Part shown: in pieces, positions 1-11,173 of the stretch
Layout of the letters: each line of letters opens with the position of its first letter
Numbering within the stretch: position 1 is the stretch's first letter
Source of the DNA: Candidatus Xenobia bacterium
GTDB taxonomy: Bacteria; Vulcanimicrobiota; Xenobia; Xenobiales; QWHO01
Length of the DNA stretch: 39,382 nt
Reading direction: 5' to 3'
NCBI GenBank assembly: GCA_045863235.1
Contig: BTUM01000073.1
Span: 1-39,382, forward strand
Notes under the pieces: model-generated
Database searches by the model: none
What the model was told of the DNA's origin: nothing
What the model saw: only the letters and a program-made list of their open reading frames with translations
Translations under genes and position numbers: made by a program

Positions 1-192
1 GGCCTCAAGGAGAACGTGATCATCGGCAAGCTCATCCCGGCCGGGACGGGCATGCCCCGCTACCGTCGCCTGGAGGTGGACCTGATGGGGGCGGTTCCGC
101 CGCCGGTGGCTCGCCAGGTCGACCGCGAGGACGTGCCGCTTTCGCCCGAGGACGAACTGGCCATGCAGCTCGGAGCCGCTCTGCGCGACTGA
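1..192 (+). CDS. rpoC: RNA polymerase beta' subunit, 3' end (partial)
   Basis: Frame 1 reads [18 protein letters not shown], the conserved RpoC C-terminal motif; TGA at 190-192. Confidence 0.96.
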   Translation, partial: GLKENVIIGKLIPAGTGMPRYRRLEVDLMGAVPPPVARQVDREDVPLSPEDELAMQLGAALRD

Positions 193-212
193 GCTGGCCA
201 TCGAGTCTGACG

Positions 213-246
213 AAGAGCCCCTCTCTCGGGAGGGGCTCTTTTCGTT
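213..246 (+). terminator. Intrinsic terminator after rpoC
   Basis: aagagcccctc-tctcgg-gaggggctctt stem-loop ending in tttt-cgtt. Confidence 0.85.
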
Positions 247-538
247 GTGGGGAGCCGGAATCAGCTCTTTGACCCGGCAGAATGCCAGTACAGTTGCGAT
301 GCCTTAGATCGATCGACTGTACAGTTCTGGTTTTCCCCTCCTCGGAGAGTAGAACAGTTTTGTGCCGCCAGGCCATGTACACCGGCCTGTTTTGATGGCT
401 GTTGGTCCTACACTTTCTCGATTCTGCCTCTGTTGTACTGGTCAGGAATGGGCATAATCGGTTCAGAAGTCGCTCGCCTCGTTGGTGAGCCTCGAAAATG
501 GATGTGTCCCCCAATGATTTTGGGGAAAGGAGGCAGAA

Positions 539-766
539 ATGCTGAAGAAACTGATGGTCCTGATCATTCTGGTGGCCCTGGCCGGGACGGCCTTCGCCCA
601 ACTTGCGCCCAGCTGCAGTCGGTGCAGCGGCAACGGAAAGTGCTGGACGTGCAGCGGGACGGGGATTGGCTCCTCTGCCTCCTGCTCGATGTGCAACGGA
701 ACCGGAACGTGCTACTACTGCTCGGGCAAGGGAACGGTCTCGGTGGCCCCCGCCCATCACCACTGA
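539..766 (+). CDS. Small secreted protein with DnaJ-type Cys-rich zinc finger (4x CxxCxGxG)
   Basis: Strong SD (aaggagg); Sec signal MLKK-hydrophobic-AFA; CSRCSGNG, CWTCSGTG, CSMCNGTG, CYYCSGKG. Confidence 0.85.
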   Translation: MLKKLMVLIILVALAGTAFAQLAPSCSRCSGNGKCWTCSGTGIGSSASCSMCNGTGTCYYCSGKGTVSVAPAHHH

Positions 767-789
767 GAAGCCCTTTCAGACCACCGGAT

Positions 790-824
790 GCGAGGCGGGC
801 CATGAGGCCTGCCTCGCTCCTTTT
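790..824 (+). terminator. Probable terminator hairpin after the zinc-finger gene
   Basis: gcgaggcgggcc-atga-ggcctgcctcgc (12-bp stem) followed by tcctttt. Confidence 0.6.
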
Positions 825-874
825 CCGGGCCAAACAGGAACCGTTTTGCCTGGAGAGGAATCCTCCCCGCTTCG

Positions 875-2854
875 ATGAGCGATCTTTTATCCCAGCAGAT
901 GCGCCTTTTTGCCACAGTGGCTACCTTCGGGTTGCTGATCGTTTCGCTGGCTGCCTATAACTGGGCCTTCCGCAAAGCACAGCCCAGGCTCGAGCTGCTC
1001 AAGGTCCTGCAGGAGCGACTGCGCTACATCGTGCTGGCGGCGGTGTTCATGTTCCCGGCATGGTTTGGTTGCACCCAGATCGAAGACTTTCAGTCTTACG
1101 CCAATCTGCTGCTGTTGGGCCTGATCTTCGTGGGCACGGTGGTCGCCTTCGAGTCGGCTCTCTCGGTCCTCTTCGGCTATCGCTCAGGCGGCGAGGCGGC
1201 CCGGGTCGCCCGGCCCTTCCGCTACGGCCTGAGGGCCACCTGTTACGGCTTGCTCGCCTACTACCTGCTGAAGACCCACCCCGACCTGGCTCTGTTCGAC
1301 AACGCCGACAAGTACGCGCTGGCTTCCCTCTTCACCACCTACCTGATGCTGCACGTCACCTACACCTACTTTTTCAAGTGGGTGCAGTGGCGCCATCCCC
1401 TGGCTGTCGCTGTGACGCGCCGCGTGCGCATGTGGGCCTATCTCCTGGTGCTGGCCCTGCTGGCTTTCTACGCCTTCAGCACTTTCGACCTGTGGCCCGA
1501 CCTGCCGCCTTACGAGCGAGACGCCATCAAGGACCATCTACGCCTGGCCCTCACGACGCTCATTTTTCTGATCGTTCTGGATGGAATCGTGGCGGCCGTT
1601 TTCGACTACTACTTCCCGGTCATGCGGCGCACGGTCATCCCCCATCTCTTCCGCGATCTCACCAGCGTGCTGATTTATCTGATCGTGATCTTGTTCGTGG
1701 TCGGAGTGGTGCTTCGCAAGGACCTCAGCAGCCTGATTCTGGGCTCGACGGTGGTCTCCATCATCATCGGCCTGGCACTTCAGGAGACCCTGGGTAACTT
1801 CTTCGCGGGCCTGATGCTCAGTCTGTCCCGTCCCTACAACCTGGGAGACGACCTGAGCGTCGACGATGTGACCGGCCGGGTCGAGAAGATCGACTGGCGC
1901 TCGACGGTGCTGCGCACCCAGACCGGCGACTATGTGATCTTGCCCAACTCCAGCATGGCCAAAGCCAACCTGCAGAACTACTCGGCTCCGACCCGCGCCC
2001 ACGCTCGCTTCGTGGAGGTGGGTTGCCACTATCGCCATCCGCCCAATGTGGTCAAACGGGCCATCCTGGAGGCCGCCTACTCGGTGCACGAGGTTTTATC
2101 TGAGCCTCGTCCCGAGGTCTGGCTCACCACCTTTGCCGATTCCTCCATCAATTACAAGCTGCGCTTCTTTCTCACCAACTTTCCTCAGCGCTTCGCCATC
2201 GAGAGCAAGGTGCGCGAGGCGATCTGGTATCGTTTCTCGCGCGACAAGCTGGAGATCCCGTTCCCGATGCGCAACTTGATCCAGGTTCCTCCGGAGGAGC
2301 GCCAGGACTTGTCTGGCGAGGTCCGCGCCCTGCTCGACAAGGTGGACTTCCTGCACGCCTTCCAGGACGAAGAGCTGGATATCCTGGCCCGGCGCATCCG
2401 CTACCAGCTCTACGCCCGTGGAGAGAAGATCTGCCTGCAGGGCGAGCCGGGCGATTCGTTCTATATCATCAAGAGCGGGCGTCTGCGGGTTAGCGCCAAG
2501 AACCCGCGTGGGGAAGTCTTCCTCTCCATCGAGATGCTGCCAGGCCAGTATTTTGGCGAGATGGCCCTCCTGACCGGCGAGCCGCGCTCGGCCACGGTGG
2601 AGGCCACCGAGGACTCGGAGCTCTTGATGCTGGACAAGGAAGACCTGCGGATGATCATGCGCGACAACCCCCAGGTGGCGACGGTGATCAGCCAGGTGCT
2701 GGCCCAGCGCCAGTTGCGCACCGAGAAGGCGCGCGAGGAGCTCGAGGAAGAGCGCGCGCGCAGCCAGGAGGTGGAGAAGTCAACCGTCAGCCAGCGCCTG
2801 GACGTGCTCTCGGAGCAGTTCATGCGCAAGATCCGCGACTTCTTCAGCTACTAG
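875..2854 (+). CDS. MscS-family channel with extra N-terminal TM helices and C-terminal cyclic-nucleotide-binding domain (bCNG-like)
   Basis: IGLALQETLGNFFAG...GRVEKIDWRST...LPNS (MscS core); QGEPGDSFYII...FGEMALLTGEPRSATV (cNMP domain); start could be 899. Confidence 0.92.
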   Translation: MSDLLSQQMRLFATVATFGLLIVSLAAYNWAFRKAQPRLELLKVLQERLRYIVLAAVFMFPAWFGCTQIEDFQSYANLLLLGLIFVGTVVAFESALSVLFGYRSGGEAARVARPFRYGLRATCYGLLAYYLLKTHPDLALFDNADKYALASLFTTYLMLHVTYTYFFKWVQWRHPLAVAVTRRVRMWAYLLVLALLAFYAFSTFDLWPDLPPYERDAIKDHLRLALTTLIFLIVLDGIVAAVFDYYFPVMRRTVIPHLFRDLTSVLIYLIVILFVVGVVLRKDLSSLILGSTVVSIIIGLALQETLGNFFAGLMLSLSRPYNLGDDLSVDDVTGRVEKIDWRSTVLRTQTGDYVILPNSSMAKANLQNYSAPTRAHARFVEVGCHYRHPPNVVKRAILEAAYSVHEVLSEPRPEVWLTTFADSSINYKLRFFLTNFPQRFAIESKVREAIWYRFSRDKLEIPFPMRNLIQVPPEERQDLSGEVRALLDKVDFLHAFQDEELDILARRIRYQLYARGEKICLQGEPGDSFYIIKSGRLRVSAKNPRGEVFLSIEMLPGQYFGEMALLTGEPRSATVEATEDSELLMLDKEDLRMIMRDNPQVATVISQVLAQRQLRTEKAREELEEERARSQEVEKSTVSQRLDVLSEQFMRKIRDFFSY

Positions 2855-2940
2855 CAGAGCATCTTCAAGTCAGGCCCTTGATCTTGGGCCCGTTCTTCGC
2901 GGCAGGCTACGGGCGCATGGCTTGAAACGAGGCCTAACGG

Positions 2941-4056
2941 TCAGGTGGCGGCCAGCACCTCGTCGCCGAAGTAGACACCCAGGTCGCGGCAGGTCTGGAC
3001 CGTGTCGCAGTCGACAGGGACCGTCTTGCACCGGTGGGTGCACTCCGACAGGGGGATGTAGCGAACGTGGGGAGGATCGAGGGCCACCAGCACACCCGAT
3101 TCGCCCTGCTCCAGGGCGCGCACCGCGGCCGCGCCGAAGCGCAGGGAAATCAGGCGGTCGGTAGCGTTGGGGCCTCCTCCTCGCAAAAGGTGACCGAGCA
3201 CCACACAGCGCGCTTCCTGGCCGCACAGCTGCTCGAGCTCCTTGGTGAGGCGATTGCCGGCGCCGCCAAGGCGCTCGGCCCGGCCGACCTCACGCCCGAT
3301 GACGGAGGTGGTGGCCCCGCTGGGGTGGGCACCCTCGGCCACCACGACAATGGTGAAGTTGCGACCGTGGGCATTGCGCTCGCGGATTTTGGCGGCCACT
3401 GCCTCGGTCTGGTAGGGGATCTCGGGCAACAAGATCACGTCGGCGGTCCCCGCCAGACCGGCATGGAGGGCGATCCAGCCGGCGTAGCGACCCATCACCT
3501 CGACCACCAGCACGCGTTGATGCGCCTCGGCGGTGGAGTGGAGACGGTCGATGCATTCGGTGGCGAACGAAACGGCGGAATCAAAGCCGAAGGTGACAAA
3601 GGTCCCGTCCAGATCGTTGTCGATGGTCTTGGGAACGCCGATCACGCGGACACCGAGGTCGAACAGGTGAGCCGCGATTTCCATGCTGCCGTCTCCGCCG
3701 ATGCTGATCAGGGCGTCGATCTCTTGCTTCTTGAAGGCCTCGACCACCTCGGCGCAACGGTCGACCTCCACCAGGCTCCCCTCCGGTCCGAGCTTGGGAT
3801 AGCGCATCGGGTTCCCGCGATTGGTGGTTCCAAGGATCGTGCCGCCCAGGTGGGTGATCCCCCGAACGCTCTCGCGATCAAGTTTGACCAGCGGGGTCTT
3901 GTAGCGCTCCGGCTCGAGCAGACCGTTATATCCGTCGCGGATGCCGACGACTTCCCAGCCTCGATTCAGAGAGGCAACGACGACGGCGCGGATGACGGCG
4001 TTGAGTCCGGGGGCGTCCCCCCCTCCGGTACTGATGGCGATGCGGCGAATGCTCAT
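2941..4056 (-). CDS. pfkA: 6-phosphofructokinase (PfkA family, GGDG/PKTIDND group III type)
   Basis: TGGGDAPGLNA, IGGDGS, VPKTIDND, EVMGRYAG motifs. Confidence 0.93.
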   Translation of the reverse strand: MSIRRIAISTGGGDAPGLNAVIRAVVVASLNRGWEVVGIRDGYNGLLEPERYKTPLVKLDRESVRGITHLGGTILGTTNRGNPMRYPKLGPEGSLVEVDRCAEVVEAFKKQEIDALISIGGDGSMEIAAHLFDLGVRVIGVPKTIDNDLDGTFVTFGFDSAVSFATECIDRLHSTAEAHQRVLVVEVMGRYAGWIALHAGLAGTADVILLPEIPYQTEAVAAKIRERNAHGRNFTIVVVAEGAHPSGATTSVIGREVGRAERLGGAGNRLTKELEQLCGQEARCVVLGHLLRGGGPNATDRLISLRFGAAAVRALEQGESGVLVALDPPHVRYIPLSECTHRCKTVPVDCDTVQTCRDLGVYFGDEVLAAT

Positions 4057-4166
4057 AACGATTTCTGCTTCGCAGCCAGAATGCCGGCCCCTTCCATCTT
4101 GTGAAGTTTGTCGAATGTTTCCTTATCCGGGCTGTGGAAAGTCGTCCCCAGCCCGTGGGGATAGGG

Positions 4167-4195
4167 TTGACAGCCCCTTGTGCCGGTGCTAGAAT
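4167..4195 (+). promoter_or_regulatory. Sigma70-type promoter for the str/S10 cluster
   Basis: TTGACA (4167-4172), 17-nt spacer, TAGAAT (4190-4195) with extended TGn. Confidence 0.85.
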
Positions 4196-4431
4196 GGCCC
4201 AGACTTTTTGATGGACCGGCGTCATTGCGCGCAAGTCCGCCATCCCGTCCCCATGGTGGTCGGGTCCCAGGCGGATACTGCCGGAGTCGGCGGCCCCAGA
4301 AGCAGCTTCGGAAGGGGGTGTCAGGTCTGACCCCTGGTGCCGTGTAGACGGCGCGCCCTGAGAGCTTGATTGCTCAAACCGAATCTGCTGGTCTGTTGGA
4401 GAGCATCGTACGGACCGGGAGATTTTTTTTT

Positions 4432-4860
4432 ATGCCCACAACGAACCAATTGGTCAGGAAGGGCCGTCGGGACCCCAAGCGGAAGAGCAAGGCTCCCGCC
4501 CTGCAATTCCTGTACAATTCCCTGCGGCTGAAGACCTTCCGCACACCGAAGGGCTCGCCTCAGAAGCGAGGGGTCTGCACTCAGGTCAAGACGGTGACCC
4601 CCAAGAAACCGAACTCGGCGCTGCGTAAGGTTGCTCGTGTGCGTCTGACCAACGGGATCGAAGTCACCGCTTACATTCCGGGCGTGGGCCACAACCTTCA
4701 GGAGCACTCGGTCGTCCTGATCCGCGGCGGTCGCGTCAAGGATCTGCCGGGCGTCCGCTACCACATCGTCCGCGGGACGCTGGACACGGCCGGGGTGGCC
4801 AATCGCCGCCAGGGCCGCTCCAAATACGGAGCCAAGCGGCCGAAGGAAGCCAAGAAGTAA
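4432..4860 (+). CDS. rpsL: 30S ribosomal protein S12
   Basis: [33 protein letters not shown] at 4432 after gggaga; Bacillota-like insertion after PAL. Confidence 0.98.
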   Translation: MPTTNQLVRKGRRDPKRKSKAPALQFLYNSLRLKTFRTPKGSPQKRGVCTQVKTVTPKKPNSALRKVARVRLTNGIEVTAYIPGVGHNLQEHSVVLIRGGRVKDLPGVRYHIVRGTLDTAGVANRRQGRSKYGAKRPKEAKK

Positions 4861-4866
4861 TCATCG

Positions 4867-4947
4867 CAAGCAAAGCGCGCAGCCATTCTGCGAGCGGAGC
4901 AAGAGAAATTCAAGCGAAGCGCGCAGCGAGCCTGCGAGTGGAGCAAA
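4867..4947 (+). repeat. Two tandem copies (4867-4903, 4911-4947) of a ~37-nt imperfect-hairpin repeat
   Basis: caagcaaagcgcgcagccattctgcgagcggagcaag and caagcgaagcgcgcagcgagcctgcgagtggagcaaa; same element as 11053-11131. Confidence 0.9.
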
Positions 4948-4968
4948 GAAGGCTAAGAAGGAGTCACT

Positions 4969-5439
4969 ATGCCCAGGAAAGGTCCCGTCTCCAAGCCCGA
5001 GGTACTGGCTGATCCGAAGTACCACAATAAGATGGTCACCAAGTTCATCAACAAAGTGATGATGAATGGCAAGCGTAGTCTGGCCGAGCAGATCTTCTAC
5101 GGCTCCATGGAGCAGTTGTCGAAGAAGGCTGGCAAGGACGCGCTGGTGCTCTTCCAGCAGGCGATGGACAACACCATGCCGCTGGTCGAGGTGCGCCCCC
5201 GTCGCGTCGGTGGCGCCACCTACCAGGTGCCCGTCGAGGTGCGTCAGGACCGGCGTGTGAGTCTGGCGATGCGCTGGCTGATCGGCGCCGCCCGCAAACG
5301 CTCGGGCAAGACCATGATGGAGAAGCTGGCTGCTGAGCTGCTGGATGCCTCTCAGGGCATCGGCACCGCCGTCAAGAAGCGTGAGGACACGCACCGGATG
5401 GCTGAGGCCAACAAGGCTTTCGCCCACTACCGCTGGTAA
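4969..5439 (+). CDS. rpsG: 30S ribosomal protein S7
   Basis: [24 protein letters not shown]. Confidence 0.98.
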   Translation: MPRKGPVSKPEVLADPKYHNKMVTKFINKVMMNGKRSLAEQIFYGSMEQLSKKAGKDALVLFQQAMDNTMPLVEVRPRRVGGATYQVPVEVRQDRRVSLAMRWLIGAARKRSGKTMMEKLAAELLDASQGIGTAVKKREDTHRMAEANKAFAHYRW

Positions 5440-5525
5440 AAGCGGCCAAATCGTTCAGGTTCTGACCGTCACTCGCGCAGGCGGGTGACGATCGATGTTC
5501 TGGGGGAGTCAGGAAAGACTCGGAG

Positions 5526-7631
5526 TTGACAATCACGGTGAGTTCGCAAACCAAAATATCGCTGGACAAGGTGCGCAATATCGGCATCGCTGCACATATC
5601 GATGCCGGTAAGACCACCACGACCGAGCGAATCCTCTTCTACACCGGGCGGGTGCACCGCATCGGCGAGGTGGACGCTGGGGCCGCGACCATGGATTGGA
5701 TGATCCAGGAGAAAGAGCGCGGCATCACGATCACCTCGGCGGTTACCCATGCCGAGTGGAAGGGTACCGCGATCAACGTGATCGATACCCCTGGTCACGT
5801 CGATTTTACGGTTGAGGTGGAGCGCTCCCTGCGCGTGCTCGACGGCGTCATCGCGGTCTTTTGCGCCGTGGCCGGCGTACAGCCCCAGAGCGAGACTGTT
5901 TGGCGCCAGGCGACCCGTTACAACGTGCCGCGCATCGCCTACATCAACAAGATGGACCGCACCGGGGCCAACTTCTTCCAGGCCGTGGACCAGATCAAAG
6001 AGCGCCTGGGCGCCGAGCCGGTCCCGGTTCAGATTCCGGTGGGCGAGGAGAGCGGCTTCCGAGGAATGGTTGACCTGCTGACTCGCAGGGCGTTCATCTA
6101 CAAGGACGATCTGGGCAAGGAGTGGTCGGTCGAGGACCCACCGGAAGACCTGGCGCTGCAGATCGAGACCTTCCGTGAGAAGATGATTGAAGCTGCGGCC
6201 GAATCGGACGAAGAGCTGACCCTGAAGTTCCTGGAGGGCATTCCCCTCACCGACGAGGAGGTCAAGCGCGGGCTTCGCAAGCGCACGGTCAACAACGAGA
6301 TCGTGCCCGTGTTCTGCGGCTCGTCTTTCAAGAACAAGGGCGTCCAGCCTCTGCTCGACGGCGTGGTGGACTACCTTCCCTCGCCACTGGAAGTGCCCGC
6401 CGTGGTGGGCGTCGACCCGGACACGGGCGAGGAGAAGGTACGTCACGCTGACCCCGATGAGCCGCTGTCAGCCCTGGTCTTCAAGATCGCCACGGACCCG
6501 TATGTGGGCAAACTGGCCTTCGCTCGGGTCTACTCAGGCGTACTGAAAACCGGCACGGCGGTGCTTAACTCCACCACCGGCAAACGCGAGCGCATCGGGC
6601 GACTGCTGCGTATGCACGCCGACCGCCGCGAGGACGTGGATGTCATCCAGGCTGGCGAACTGGGCGCCATTGTGGGACTGAAACAGTCCTCCACCGGCGA
6701 CACGCTCTCGGACGAGAAGAACTGTATCCAACTGGAGAAGATTGAGTTCCCGGAGCCGGTCATCAGTGTGGCCATCGAGCCCAAGACCAAGGCTGACCAG
6801 GACAAGATGGGCATCGCCCTGGCCAAGCTTTCGGAAGAGGACCCCACCTTCCGCACCCGCACCGACGAAGAGACCGGCCAGTGCATGATCTCGGGGATGG
6901 GCGAGCTCCACCTGGAGATCATCGTGGACCGCTTGCTGCGCGAGTTCTCGGTGGGTGCCAACGTGGGCCGTCCCCAGGTGGCTTATAAGGAAGCCATCCG
7001 TCGCGCCCTCAAGGCGGAAGGACGCTTCGTGCGCCAGACCGGTGGGCGCGGTCAGTTCGGCCACGTCTGGATCGAGGTCGAGCCTCTGGCTCCGGGCAAA
7101 GGTTTTGTGTTCGAGAGCAAGATTGTCGGAGGCACGGTTCCCAAGGAGTACGTGGCTCCGGTGGAAGTTGGGGTCAAGGAAGGACTTTCCACGGGCGTGC
7201 TGGCCGGCTATCCGGTGGTGGACATTAAAGTCACCCTGGTGGACGGCTCCTACCACGAGGTGGACTCGAGCGAGATCGCCTTCAAGATCGCCGGTTCCAT
7301 GGCGGTCAAGGAGGCTCTTCGCAAGAACGATTGTTACTTGAAAGAGCCGGTCATGAAAGTGGAGGTGGTTGTCCCTGACAACTATCTCGGCGACGTGATC
7401 GGCGACATCAACAGCCGGCGCGGCAAGATCGAGGGCGTGAACCCCACACCGGGCAATACGCAGACGGTCAAGTCGTTGGTACCGCTGGCCGAGATGTTTG
7501 GCTATGTGGGCAATTTGCGCTCCTTGACACAGGGTCGAGGAACGTACACTATGGAGTTCTCGCATTACGCCGAGGTTCCTAAGCCCATTCAGGAAGAGAT
7601 CATTTCCCGTTTTTATGGCAAAGCGGTGTAG
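5526..7631 (+). CDS. fusA: Elongation factor G
   Basis: [23 protein letters not shown]; start TTG 5526 or GTG 5538. Confidence 0.98.
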   Translation: MTITVSSQTKISLDKVRNIGIAAHIDAGKTTTTERILFYTGRVHRIGEVDAGAATMDWMIQEKERGITITSAVTHAEWKGTAINVIDTPGHVDFTVEVERSLRVLDGVIAVFCAVAGVQPQSETVWRQATRYNVPRIAYINKMDRTGANFFQAVDQIKERLGAEPVPVQIPVGEESGFRGMVDLLTRRAFIYKDDLGKEWSVEDPPEDLALQIETFREKMIEAAAESDEELTLKFLEGIPLTDEEVKRGLRKRTVNNEIVPVFCGSSFKNKGVQPLLDGVVDYLPSPLEVPAVVGVDPDTGEEKVRHADPDEPLSALVFKIATDPYVGKLAFARVYSGVLKTGTAVLNSTTGKRERIGRLLRMHADRREDVDVIQAGELGAIVGLKQSSTGDTLSDEKNCIQLEKIEFPEPVISVAIEPKTKADQDKMGIALAKLSEEDPTFRTRTDEETGQCMISGMGELHLEIIVDRLLREFSVGANVGRPQVAYKEAIRRALKAEGRFVRQTGGRGQFGHVWIEVEPLAPGKGFVFESKIVGGTVPKEYVAPVEVGVKEGLSTGVLAGYPVVDIKVTLVDGSYHEVDSSEIAFKIAGSMAVKEALRKNDCYLKEPVMKVEVVVPDNYLGDVIGDINSRRGKIEGVNPTPGNTQTVKSLVPLAEMFGYVGNLRSLTQGRGTYTMEFSHYAEVPKPIQEEIISRFYGKAV

Positions 7632-7706
7632 CTACATTTGCAAGCCCTGCGAGGGTAGCTAACAAGTTTGGGACGAGGGTCCCAAGGGAACGAAACGGAG
7701 GCAATC

Positions 7707-8909
<1,203 letters not shown>

Positions 8910-8990
8910 AGGGGGAACCCTCATCCAACGAGGAGCCGGCTCCACCACGGAGCCGGCTCCTCCTAAAATGTCCTAAGGAGTATCCAGTTC

Positions 8991-9302
8991 ATGGCCAAGC
9001 AGAGGATCCGTATCCGACTCAAAGCGTTCGATCACGCCATTCTCGACGAGTCGGCCGAGAAGATCGTGCAGATCGCTCGCCAGACGGGCGCTAACATCTC
9101 CGGGCCGGTTCCGCTGCCCACGGAGAAGAACATTTACTGTGTCAACCGCTCGCCCCACGTCGACAAGAAGTCGCGCGAGCACTTCGAGATCCGCACCCAC
9201 AAGCGGCTGATCGACATCTACTTCGACCCGTCCCAGAAGACGATCGAGCAGTTGATGAAGGTCGACCTGCCAGCTGGCGTGGACATCGAGATCAAGGGTT
9301 AG
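8991..9302 (+). CDS. rpsJ: 30S ribosomal protein S10
   Basis: [31 protein letters not shown]. Confidence 0.98.
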   Translation: MAKQRIRIRLKAFDHAILDESAEKIVQIARQTGANISGPVPLPTEKNIYCVNRSPHVDKKSREHFEIRTHKRLIDIYFDPSQKTIEQLMKVDLPAGVDIEIKG

Positions 9303-9311
9303 GAGACTGTC

Positions 9312-9965
9312 ATGAAGGCGATTCTTGGCAAGAAAATCGGAATGACCCAGGTGTTCGACGAGAACGGCCTGATCGTCCCCGTCACCGTGGTCGAGGCTGG
9401 CCCGTGCATCGTCGTGCGCCGCCGCACCAAGAGCAAGGATGGCTACGAGGCCGTTCAGGTGGGTTACGGGTTGATCCGCGAGAAGCTTTTGAACAAACCC
9501 GAGAAGGGCCAGTTTCGGCCCAAGAAGGGTGACGCCAACCAGCCTAACCTGCCGAACCTGCGCTATCTGCGCGAGTTCCGGGTGGACGAGAGCAATACCC
9601 TCAAGCGGGGCGACGAGATCCGGGTCGAGATGTTCGAGGCCGGCGAGAAAGTCGACGTAACCGCCATCTCCAAGGGCAAGGGCTTCCAGGGCACCATGAA
9701 GCGGCATCGCTTCGGCGGCGGCCCCCGCAGCCACGGCTCCATGACCCACCGCCAGCCCTGCTCGGGTGGCGGTACCGACCCGGCCCGCGTCTTCGTGGGG
9801 ACTCGCAAGCCTGGCCACATGGGAGACGTTCAGGTCACCCAGCTTGGCCTCAGAGTCGTCAAAGTCGACGCCGAAAAGAACCTGATCCTGATCCGCGGCG
9901 CCATTCCAGGGCCCAACAACCGCCTGGTCACCGTGCGCGCCGCGGTCAAGTCGGGCAAGAAGTAA
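9312..9965 (+). CDS. rplC: 50S ribosomal protein L3
   Basis: [18 protein letters not shown]. Confidence 0.98.
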   Translation: MKAILGKKIGMTQVFDENGLIVPVTVVEAGPCIVVRRRTKSKDGYEAVQVGYGLIREKLLNKPEKGQFRPKKGDANQPNLPNLRYLREFRVDESNTLKRGDEIRVEMFEAGEKVDVTAISKGKGFQGTMKRHRFGGGPRSHGSMTHRQPCSGGGTDPARVFVGTRKPGHMGDVQVTQLGLRVVKVDAEKNLILIRGAIPGPNNRLVTVRAAVKSGKK

Positions 9966-9974
9966 GGAGCTGCC

Positions 9975-10655
9975 ATGCCTAAGCTTGCTGTGCTCGATAT
10001 GAGCGGAAAGAACGTCGGAAGCATCGAGCTTTCGCCCGAGGTTTTCGAGGTTCCTTACAACGAGGCTATCATTCACCAGATCACCGTGGGTCTGCAGGCC
10101 AACTTGCGCCACGGAACGTCCTGCACCAAGACCCGCGGCGAGGTCCGGGGAGGCGGTCGGAAGCCCTGGCGCCAGAAGGGAACCGGTATGGCCCGTCACG
10201 GCAGCCGGCGCTCGCCTATCTGGAAGGGCGGGGGCACGACCTTTGGCCCGCGACCCCGCAAGTACACCCAGAAGTTGCCCAAGAACATGCGCCACCTGGC
10301 CCTGCGCTCGGCTCTTTCCCAGCGCGTGCGCGAGGAGATGCTGACGCCGGTTTCGGCGATCACCATGAGCGAGTTCAAGACCAAGACGTTTGCCAAGTTC
10401 CTGGCCGACATCAAGGTCGAGACGACCCCGGTGAAGCAGACGGCCAAGAAGGGCGAGAAGCAGAATCTGCCGGTTCCCAACGCTCTCATCGTGCTCGACG
10501 GAATGGACGAGAAGGTTCAGAAGTCGGCGGCCAATCTGCCCAACGTGCGCGTGGCTCAGGTCTCCAACCTGAACCTGCTCGACGTGGTTCTGTCCAAGCG
10601 GCTCGTGTTCACCCAGGCCGCCCTGGAGAAGATTCAGGAGGTACTCAAACCGTGA
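9975..10655 (+). CDS. rplD: 50S ribosomal protein L4
   Basis: [19 protein letters not shown]. Confidence 0.98.
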   Translation: MPKLAVLDMSGKNVGSIELSPEVFEVPYNEAIIHQITVGLQANLRHGTSCTKTRGEVRGGGRKPWRQKGTGMARHGSRRSPIWKGGGTTFGPRPRKYTQKLPKNMRHLALRSALSQRVREEMLTPVSAITMSEFKTKTFAKFLADIKVETTPVKQTAKKGEKQNLPVPNALIVLDGMDEKVQKSAANLPNVRVAQVSNLNLLDVVLSKRLVFTQAALEKIQEVLKP

Positions 10656-10996
10656 GCAAGCCCCAGAAGCCCCCGTCCAGCGTCGCCCACCTGCGGTGGA
10701 TGAACGCCCGCGACATTCTCAAGCGACCGATCATCACGGAGAAATCCATGACCATCGCCGTAGAGAACAAGTACACCTTCGAGGTCAGTCCTCTGGCCAA
10801 CAAGATTCAGGTCCGCCGCGCCGTGGAGGAGATCTTCGGTGTGACTGTGACCAAGGTCACCACCCTGCGCACGTCCTCGAAGGTTCGCCGTCGGGGCCGC
10901 ACGCTGGGCGAGACCCGCGAATGGAAGAAGGCCGTCGTCACCTTGAAGGAAGGCGACAAGATCGAGCTCAACGGCACGCCGTTGCTGGAAGTTTAA
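10652..10996 (+). CDS. rplW: 50S ribosomal protein L23
   Basis: [25 protein letters not shown] overlapping rplD stop with aggagg SD (alternative ATG 10700). Confidence 0.96.
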   Translation: MSKPQKPPSSVAHLRWMNARDILKRPIITEKSMTIAVENKYTFEVSPLANKIQVRRAVEEIFGVTVTKVTTLRTSSKVRRRGRTLGETREWKKAVVTLKEGDKIELNGTPLLEV

Positions 10997-11052
10997 CAAC
11001 TCGTTTACCGCCGACAACCCCGGTTGTCGGATAATCACCTGGTTTTTATAGG

Positions 11053-11131
11053 CAAGCGAAGCGCGCAGCGAGCCTGCGAGCAGAGCAAATCGGTCAAGCG
11101 AAGCGCGCAGCGAGCCTGCGAGCAGAGCAGA
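11053..11131 (+). repeat. Two tandem copies (11053-11089, 11095-11131) of the ~37-nt imperfect-hairpin repeat
   Basis: caagcgaagcgcgcagcgagcctgcgagcagagca repeated with 42-nt period. Confidence 0.93.
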
Positions 11132-11173
11132 AAAAATTTAAGCAATCTGTTTTTGAAAGGAGCCCTGGCTGAG

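Noticed and set aside
32..960. ORFs 32-763 (-) and 247-960 (+)
   Set aside because: They overlap rpoC, a terminator and/or the well-supported 539-766 gene, and lack motifs
4280..4330. Possible SRP RNA (gaagcagc, cggaagg, tcagg words)
   Set aside because: The words are not in the order of the SRP domain IV motif (CAGG-stem-GNRA-stem-AGCAG)
11024..11173. Apparent 50-aa N-terminal extension of L2 containing [11 protein letters not shown] twice
   Set aside because: Translation of the intergenic DNA repeat; the SD and the usual L2 start are at 11174
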